A stretch of DNA of 64,000 bases from an uncultured virus (IMG/VR IMGVR_UViG_3300017758_000001). Taxonomy: Duplodnaviria > Heunggongvirae > Uroviricota > Caudoviricetes. The position numbers were made by a program, and so were the translations under genes. Each line of letters starts with the position of its first letter. The first letter of the stretch is position 1. The stretch is taken from the IMG/VR virus record IMGVR_UViG_3300017758_000001; one strand, given 5' to 3'. Positions 59,283 through 64,000 of this stretch are shown here, piece by piece. Below the pieces are notes generated by a model. That model saw only the letters and a list, made by a program, of their open reading frames with translations, was not told the DNA's origin and ran no database searches.

Positions 59283-59516
59283 ATGTATTATTTAGCAACC
59301 GTAGGTTACGAAAAAGAACAATTGGATCGAAATGGAAATCCAAGAGTAGACAAAGTCAAATATGTTGTGGAGGCAGAGTCCGTAGAAGAAGCAACAATAG
59401 TTTTATCAAAATATCGTTCAGAGGATATGAGATCAAGTGAAAGTATTTCAATTGCAAAAATGCCAATTGAATGTGTCATAGATTCAAAAATCACTCCCGA
59501 ATATTATAAATCATAA
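59283..59516 (+). CDS. DUF4494-like small protein
   Basis: YY.A.V.YEK...NG...KV.Y.VEAES..EA resembles the Bacteroidota DUF4494 N-terminus. Confidence 0.55.
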   Translation: MYYLATVGYEKEQLDRNGNPRVDKVKYVVEAESVEEATIVLSKYRSEDMRSSESISIAKMPIECVIDSKITPEYYKS

Positions 59517-59521
59517 TTATC

Positions 59522-60088
59522 ATGTTAAAAAAAGAACAAATAGAAACCAACAAAAAGAAGTTAATTGAAACTTCTGAGAAGTATAATATTTTCACTGAAG
59601 ACCTTTTAAAATTTTTAGGTGAAGATATTTTTACGTCACCTGCATCAACAAGTTTAGACATGTATGGAGCATATCCTGGTGGATTAGTAGAACATATGTT
59701 TGTTGCATCAAAATATGCTGTCAAAGTTAATAGTATACTACCTGAAAATTTACAACAAGACATCTCAAGTATTTTAACTTGTACGATTCTATCACAGATA
59801 GGTAAAACCTTCTTATTTAAACCGAACGAAAGTGAATGGCATAGAAATAAGTTGGGTAAAATGTATGAATTTAATGATGAGTTAGTTTCTATGAAAGTGG
59901 GTGAAAGATCCGCTTATTATTGTTCTAAGTATGGGGTTAGTCTAACAGAGGAGGAATACCAAACAATAGTCAACTCTGATAAAGGTGATGATGATTTACA
60001 AGCAAAGTATCACTCAACACCATTAGCACAAATCGTAAAACAAGGTTTTGACTTGGCGATTTTTGAACAAAAGAATTCAAATGGATAA
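59522..60088 (+). CDS. HD-domain fold protein with degenerate metal ligands
   Basis: PAS...AYPGGLVEH is retained, but HDxGK has become SQIGK. Confidence 0.65.
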   Translation: MLKKEQIETNKKKLIETSEKYNIFTEDLLKFLGEDIFTSPASTSLDMYGAYPGGLVEHMFVASKYAVKVNSILPENLQQDISSILTCTILSQIGKTFLFKPNESEWHRNKLGKMYEFNDELVSMKVGERSAYYCSKYGVSLTEEEYQTIVNSDKGDDDLQAKYHSTPLAQIVKQGFDLAIFEQKNSNG

Positions 60089-60713
60089 AAAGACATTAGA
60101 AGAATACTTACACAAATTAGAAAATTTCGAATCTGTATTAAGTAAAGGTGGTGACGTTGACCAAGACTTTATGAATGAAATTGAGAGTACTTTACAATCA
60201 CTTTCAACCGATTCAATTGAAGTCGCAGGTATGACACAAAACAATACTCCACCACCTCAAAATAATGTGGAGGTTGATTTTAGTATCCAATGTAAGATTA
60301 AAAAGTTAGATAAAAGCGCAATCATACCAACTTACAGTAAAGAAGGTGATGGGTGTGTGGATTTATACTCTATTGGTCACACGTTTGATGATACCACAAA
60401 CCAAATAACTTATAAAACTGGTATTGCAATTGAAATACCAAAAACACACGTGGGGTTGGTTTTCCCAAGATCATCTATTAGAAGAACTAAATTAACTTTA
60501 AGTAACTCTGTTGGTGTTATAGATAGTGGTTATAGGGGTGAAATTATAGCAACCTTTAATTACTCTAATTCAACAAGTAATGAAATATATGAAACAGGTC
60601 AGAGAATATGTCAATTAATGATTATTCCTAACCCTAAAATAAAATTCATCGAAGTTGATGAATTATCAGAAACCGATAGAGGAACAGGTGGTTTCGGTTC
60701 TACAGGAAAGTAA
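60081..60713 (+). CDS. dut: Trimeric dUTPase with N-terminal extension
   Basis: GCVDL, PRSS, GVIDSGYRGE, RICQL, RGTGGFGSTG. Confidence 0.93.
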   Translation: MDKKTLEEYLHKLENFESVLSKGGDVDQDFMNEIESTLQSLSTDSIEVAGMTQNNTPPPQNNVEVDFSIQCKIKKLDKSAIIPTYSKEGDGCVDLYSIGHTFDDTTNQITYKTGIAIEIPKTHVGLVFPRSSIRRTKLTLSNSVGVIDSGYRGEIIATFNYSNSTSNEIYETGQRICQLMIIPNPKIKFIEVDELSETDRGTGGFGSTGK

Positions 60714-60716
60714 CAA

Positions 60717-61409
60717 ATGGCTAAAAGAGAAGTAAAAAGATTGACAAGAAAACAAAGAATCAAATCAATCTTCAAAAGACCGAGAGAAAAGTTTTTAACT
60801 CAATCCCAAAAAGATTATTGGGAGACTCTCGATACAAACGAAATAACATTGTGTTTTGGACCTGCGGGTGTAGGTAAATCTTATATCGCAATGAAAAAGG
60901 CAATAGACCTTTTATGGGAAGAAGACAACAAGTATGAAAAAATAATAATAGTTAGACCCGCGGTAGAGGCTGAAGAAAAGTTAGGTTCACTACCAGGTGG
61001 TTTAGAAGAGAAATTAGATCCATATATTTTTCCATCATATTATCTATTAAATAAAATTATAGGTAAGGATTGTAGAGAAAAATTAAAGGAGGAAGGTTTC
61101 ATTGAAGTTGCAGCACTTGCGTATATGAGAGGTTGGAACGTTGATAACACAATTTTAGTTTTTGAGGAAGCTCAAAACGCAACTCCCGCACAAATCAAAC
61201 TATTACTTACACGTATAGGTTTTAATTCTAAATTTTTTATCTCGGGTGATCTTGAACAATCTGATAAATTCAAAGATATTACGAGAAGTGGATTATATGA
61301 TGCTAAAGTTAGATTAGGTGGATTAAAACACATAGGTATCCATGAGTTTGGTACTGAAGACATCGTTAGAAACCCCCTGATCAGTAAGATTCTTAAAAGA
61401 TACGAGTAA
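60717..61409 (+). CDS. phoH: PhoH-like ATPase
   Basis: GPAGVGKS, RPAVEAEEKLGSLPG, YMRG, EEAQN, LTRIG, GDLEQSD, DIVRNP. Confidence 0.95.
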   Translation: MAKREVKRLTRKQRIKSIFKRPREKFLTQSQKDYWETLDTNEITLCFGPAGVGKSYIAMKKAIDLLWEEDNKYEKIIIVRPAVEAEEKLGSLPGGLEEKLDPYIFPSYYLLNKIIGKDCREKLKEEGFIEVAALAYMRGWNVDNTILVFEEAQNATPAQIKLLLTRIGFNSKFFISGDLEQSDKFKDITRSGLYDAKVRLGGLKHIGIHEFGTEDIVRNPLISKILKRYE

Positions 61410-61416
61410 TTAAGGA

Positions 61417-61445
61417 TTTACTTATAACATTTTTTTTATTATAAT
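61417..61445 (+). promoter_or_regulatory. Host-sigma-type promoter
   Basis: TTTACT-N17-TATAAT. Confidence 0.6.
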
Positions 61446-61451
61446 TAATTT

Positions 61452-62102
61452 ATGGAAATTTTTATTAGTATAGATGGTGTACTACGAAATACAATAGCGA
61501 AATTCGACTATCACTACAAAGATTATTATTTGGATAGTGAAGAGGACGAAAAGACAGAAGAAGAAAATAAATTTGACTATGGAGTAATCGAACCCGTAAA
61601 AAATGAATTTCTTTTAGATAGTTATAAATTTCAATCGAAAGATGAGTTTAATAATTTTCTTTTCCTTGACTATTCAGTTGAGATCTTTGGTCATGCCAAT
61701 CCAACTTATAAAAATGTTTTTCATGACTTAAACACATTAATATATAAAAATAAAGAACATAGGTTTACTGTGATCGGTATTGACGAATTAGGTAAATCTA
61801 AACCATCAACACTATTCTACTTATCAAGGAATGGTTTTATGGGTAACAATGTTAGGTTTAGTATATCTTCTGAAATAGATAATCTTTGGAAGAAGTGTGA
61901 TTTATGGATTACCGACAATAAATCAATAATTGATAGTACTCCAAGATTTAAAAAATCTGTAAAGTTCAATAATGACTACAATCAATACTTTACAAATAAG
62001 CACGAAATTCATAAATTAACAGAAATAGACAAAACATGGTTGAAATCTTCGGGGAATATTATTACATCGACTTGGACAAGATTAATGAAAAGTGTGAAAT
62101 AA
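61452..62102 (+). CDS. HAD-fold 5'(3')-nucleotidase-like protein, nucleophile degenerate
   Basis: IFISIDGVLRN (DxDGV with the first Asp replaced by Ser), WITDN, YN near the C-terminus. Confidence 0.6.
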   Translation: MEIFISIDGVLRNTIAKFDYHYKDYYLDSEEDEKTEEENKFDYGVIEPVKNEFLLDSYKFQSKDEFNNFLFLDYSVEIFGHANPTYKNVFHDLNTLIYKNKEHRFTVIGIDELGKSKPSTLFYLSRNGFMGNNVRFSISSEIDNLWKKCDLWITDNKSIIDSTPRFKKSVKFNNDYNQYFTNKHEIHKLTEIDKTWLKSSGNIITSTWTRLMKSVK

Positions 62103-62329
62103 AACTTGACACTAAAGAAAGTGCGAGAGATAATGAAAAATTAGAGATCGAACAAACTATTAATGTATTCAAGTATGATACAGTAAAACAGTGTATTGAT
62201 ACTATTTTAACTGAACAGGGTCCCGAAGACGGGGCATTAGGTTTATACGCGTCTGACGTGTCTTTACCGTTTAAGTTTGCGTTTAACACCCTAATAAATT
62301 ATGAGATTTTAAGAAAATACGATGAGTAA
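62036..62329 (+). CDS. Hypothetical protein
   Basis: 97-aa ORF overlapping neighbours within the operon. Confidence 0.55.
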   Translation: MVEIFGEYYYIDLDKINEKCEIKLDTKESARDNEKLEIEQTINVFKYDTVKQCIDTILTEQGPEDGALGLYASDVSLPFKFAFNTLINYEILRKYDE

Positions 62330-63392
62330 CACAAAAGAAAACTTACAAAAATTAGAATCCGCACTTAGTCGGTTAGGTAAAAAAGAAAATAAAATATATT
62401 TTTTAACCTATGATACTAAGAACAATGCAAGAGCGGCAGTAAAATATATCTATGATACTGTGGAAACACTTAGAAATGATGGATATGACGCCAAAATACT
62501 TGTAGAAGACAATAAATATGTTGGTATAAAATCATGGTTAGGTGATAGATATTCTGATATTCCGATTGTAACAATCAAAGAAGATCAAATACAAATGGAA
62601 CTCGATGATGTTATAGTAGTACCTGAATTCTATTCAAATGTTTTGGAACAACTTGCGAATATAAAATGTACTAAAGTAATGTTAGTACAACAAACTGAGT
62701 ACATATTTGAAACATTACCTGTGGGGGCAAGATGGAGAGACTATGGTTTCGATAAAGTAATCACAACGACTGAAACTTCAAAAGAATACATCAAAAGTGT
62801 ATTCCCTGAATCGTTAGTTTACGTTAACCCACCTAAGATTGGTGATAACTTCAAACCTTCTGAAAATCCCGCTAAACCATTTATTGCGATTAGTGCGAGA
62901 GATAGAGGACAACACAGAAGAGTTATATCAGAATTTTACTTAAGATATCCACAACTAAGATGGATTACTTTCAAAGACATGGTACAAATGACTTATGAGG
63001 ACTTTTCAAAACAACTTAGAGAATGTATATGTTCCGTTTGGATGGACGATGATTCAACTTTTGGAACATTCCCTTTAGAGTCTATGAAATCTGAAGTTCC
63101 TGTAATTGGTAAAATACCAACAAGGGAACCCGAATGGATAGGTGAGAATGGAATTTGGACTTATGATATCAATAAGATTGTTGAATTAATTGGTACGTAT
63201 GTCTTAGCATGGTTAGATGGTGTGACAATAAAAGATGATGTCAAAGAAAAAATGAGAGAGTCATTAGTTCCTTATACTGATGATATTATAGATAATAATG
63301 TACTCTCAATTTTCAATTCTTTGAAAAACTCAAGAGTAAAACTTATTGAGGAGGCATTGGATAAATTTAAAGAAGAAGAAGTAACAGCATGA
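62322..63392 (+). CDS. Glycosyltransferase-like, GT-B fold
   Basis: DVIVVPE, STFGTFPLESMKSEVPVIG (variant of EgFGlp.lEAm..g.PVI). Confidence 0.7.
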   Translation: MSNTKENLQKLESALSRLGKKENKIYFLTYDTKNNARAAVKYIYDTVETLRNDGYDAKILVEDNKYVGIKSWLGDRYSDIPIVTIKEDQIQMELDDVIVVPEFYSNVLEQLANIKCTKVMLVQQTEYIFETLPVGARWRDYGFDKVITTTETSKEYIKSVFPESLVYVNPPKIGDNFKPSENPAKPFIAISARDRGQHRRVISEFYLRYPQLRWITFKDMVQMTYEDFSKQLRECICSVWMDDDSTFGTFPLESMKSEVPVIGKIPTREPEWIGENGIWTYDINKIVELIGTYVLAWLDGVTIKDDVKEKMRESLVPYTDDIIDNNVLSIFNSLKNSRVKLIEEALDKFKEEEVTA

Positions 63393-64000
63393 AAAATATA
63401 ACAGTAATACTACCAATTCACACAATAGATGGTGATTATGGTGAAATGTTAAGTAAAGCGGTCGAATCAGTGGAACAATTTCACGATGATGTAGTTTTAA
63501 ACATCGTTGGACCAAAAGACGTTGTCGGTTCATTAACCAAAGAGGGTTTATCCGATAAATTAGAAATTACACTCACAATAAACAAAGGAGATACGGGTTT
63601 TTGTTCACAAGTAAACTTAGGTATTGAAGAATGTAAAACGGAATGGTTTTCCATTTTAGAAATTGATGATGTGTATACTAATAATTGGTTAAGATCTTTT
63701 GAAACATACAAAGATTCATTCGGAGAAGATATCGATGTATTTTTGACAGTAGTCAAAGATGTAAATACTGAAGGTAAATTATTAAACTTCACAAATGAGT
63801 CTGTATGGGCTTATGGTTTCACAGAGACCCAAGGAGTACTAAACAACGAAGTCCTATTAGATTACCAAAACTACCAAACAAGTGGTGGTTTCTATAAAAC
63901 AGAAGCGGTAAAATCTAATGGTTCATTTAAAGATAATATTAAACTCACTTTTAGTTATGAGTTTTTATTGAGATTGACACATAATGGTGTCAAAATCGCG
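63389..64000 (+). CDS. Glycosyltransferase, GT-A (GT2-like), partial; absent from ORF track
   Basis: MKNITVILPIH...AVESV...FCSQVNLGI...EWFSILEIDD; open to the window end. Confidence 0.75.
   Translation, partial: MKNITVILPIHTIDGDYGEMLSKAVESVEQFHDDVVLNIVGPKDVVGSLTKEGLSDKLEITLTINKGDTGFCSQVNLGIEECKTEWFSILEIDDVYTNNWLRSFETYKDSFGEDIDVFLTVVKDVNTEGKLLNFTNESVWAYGFTETQGVLNNEVLLDYQNYQTSGGFYKTEAVKSNGSFKDNIKLTFSYEFLLRLTHNGVKIA

Noticed and set aside
59522..60713. Z-genome (DatZ/PurZ) or other base-substitution pathway suggested by an HD protein plus dUTPase
   Set aside because: The HD ligands are lost, the dUTPase is an ordinary trimeric type, and no PurZ-like gene is in the window.
197..63792. Many 60-185 aa ORFs antisense to or nested in long genes (e.g. 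25489-26046, 28750-29232, 33633-34166, 57382-57807)
   Set aside because: They fully overlap well-supported genes and show no motifs or expression signals.
1..64000. Stop-codon reassignment as seen in some large Bacteroidota phages
   Set aside because: Genes are full length under the standard code with high coding density, and TAG and TGA both end genes; no tRNA was seen.

Overview
64 kb AT-rich segment of a large contractile-tailed (myovirus-type, distantly T4-like) dsDNA phage. The host is probably Bacteroidota, inferred from TAnnTTTG promoters, SD-less A-rich leaders and a DUF4494-like gene. Positions 1-41.1 kb (minus strand) hold baseplate, tail and neck genes: wedge, gp25-like, hub, LysM/gp53-like, OmpA-domain baseplate protein, tape measure, chaperone, tube, sheath, terminator and head completion. 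A replication block interrupts them (SSB, RecA/UvsX, 5'-3' exonuclease, DnaB-like helicase, NrdB, NrdA). Positions 41.2-47.8 kb hold a SNF2 helicase, a PD-(D/E)XK-like ORF, a neck protein and a family-B DNA polymerase. Positions 47.9-54.4 kb hold a fibre module with Pro/Thr-rich linkers, Calx-beta-like domains, a cupredoxin-like domain and a trypsin-like protease. Positions 54.5-58 kb hold a plus-strand late operon with a 47-aa repeat protein, a stand-alone WYL protein and a shared ExxxRxKxL peptide. Positions 58-64 kb hold glycosyltransferases, dUTPase, PhoH and two degenerate hydrolases. The main items missing from the ORF track are: a promoter- and terminator-bounded antisense small RNA between tube and sheath; a GC-rich structured RNA between ssb and recA; a prfB-like +1 frameshift in the tail chaperone; a strand-oriented TATTTAT late motif often 4 nt before the ATG; and a 52-aa ribbon-helix-helix gene. 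All protein calls come from motif recognition by eye, with no database searches.
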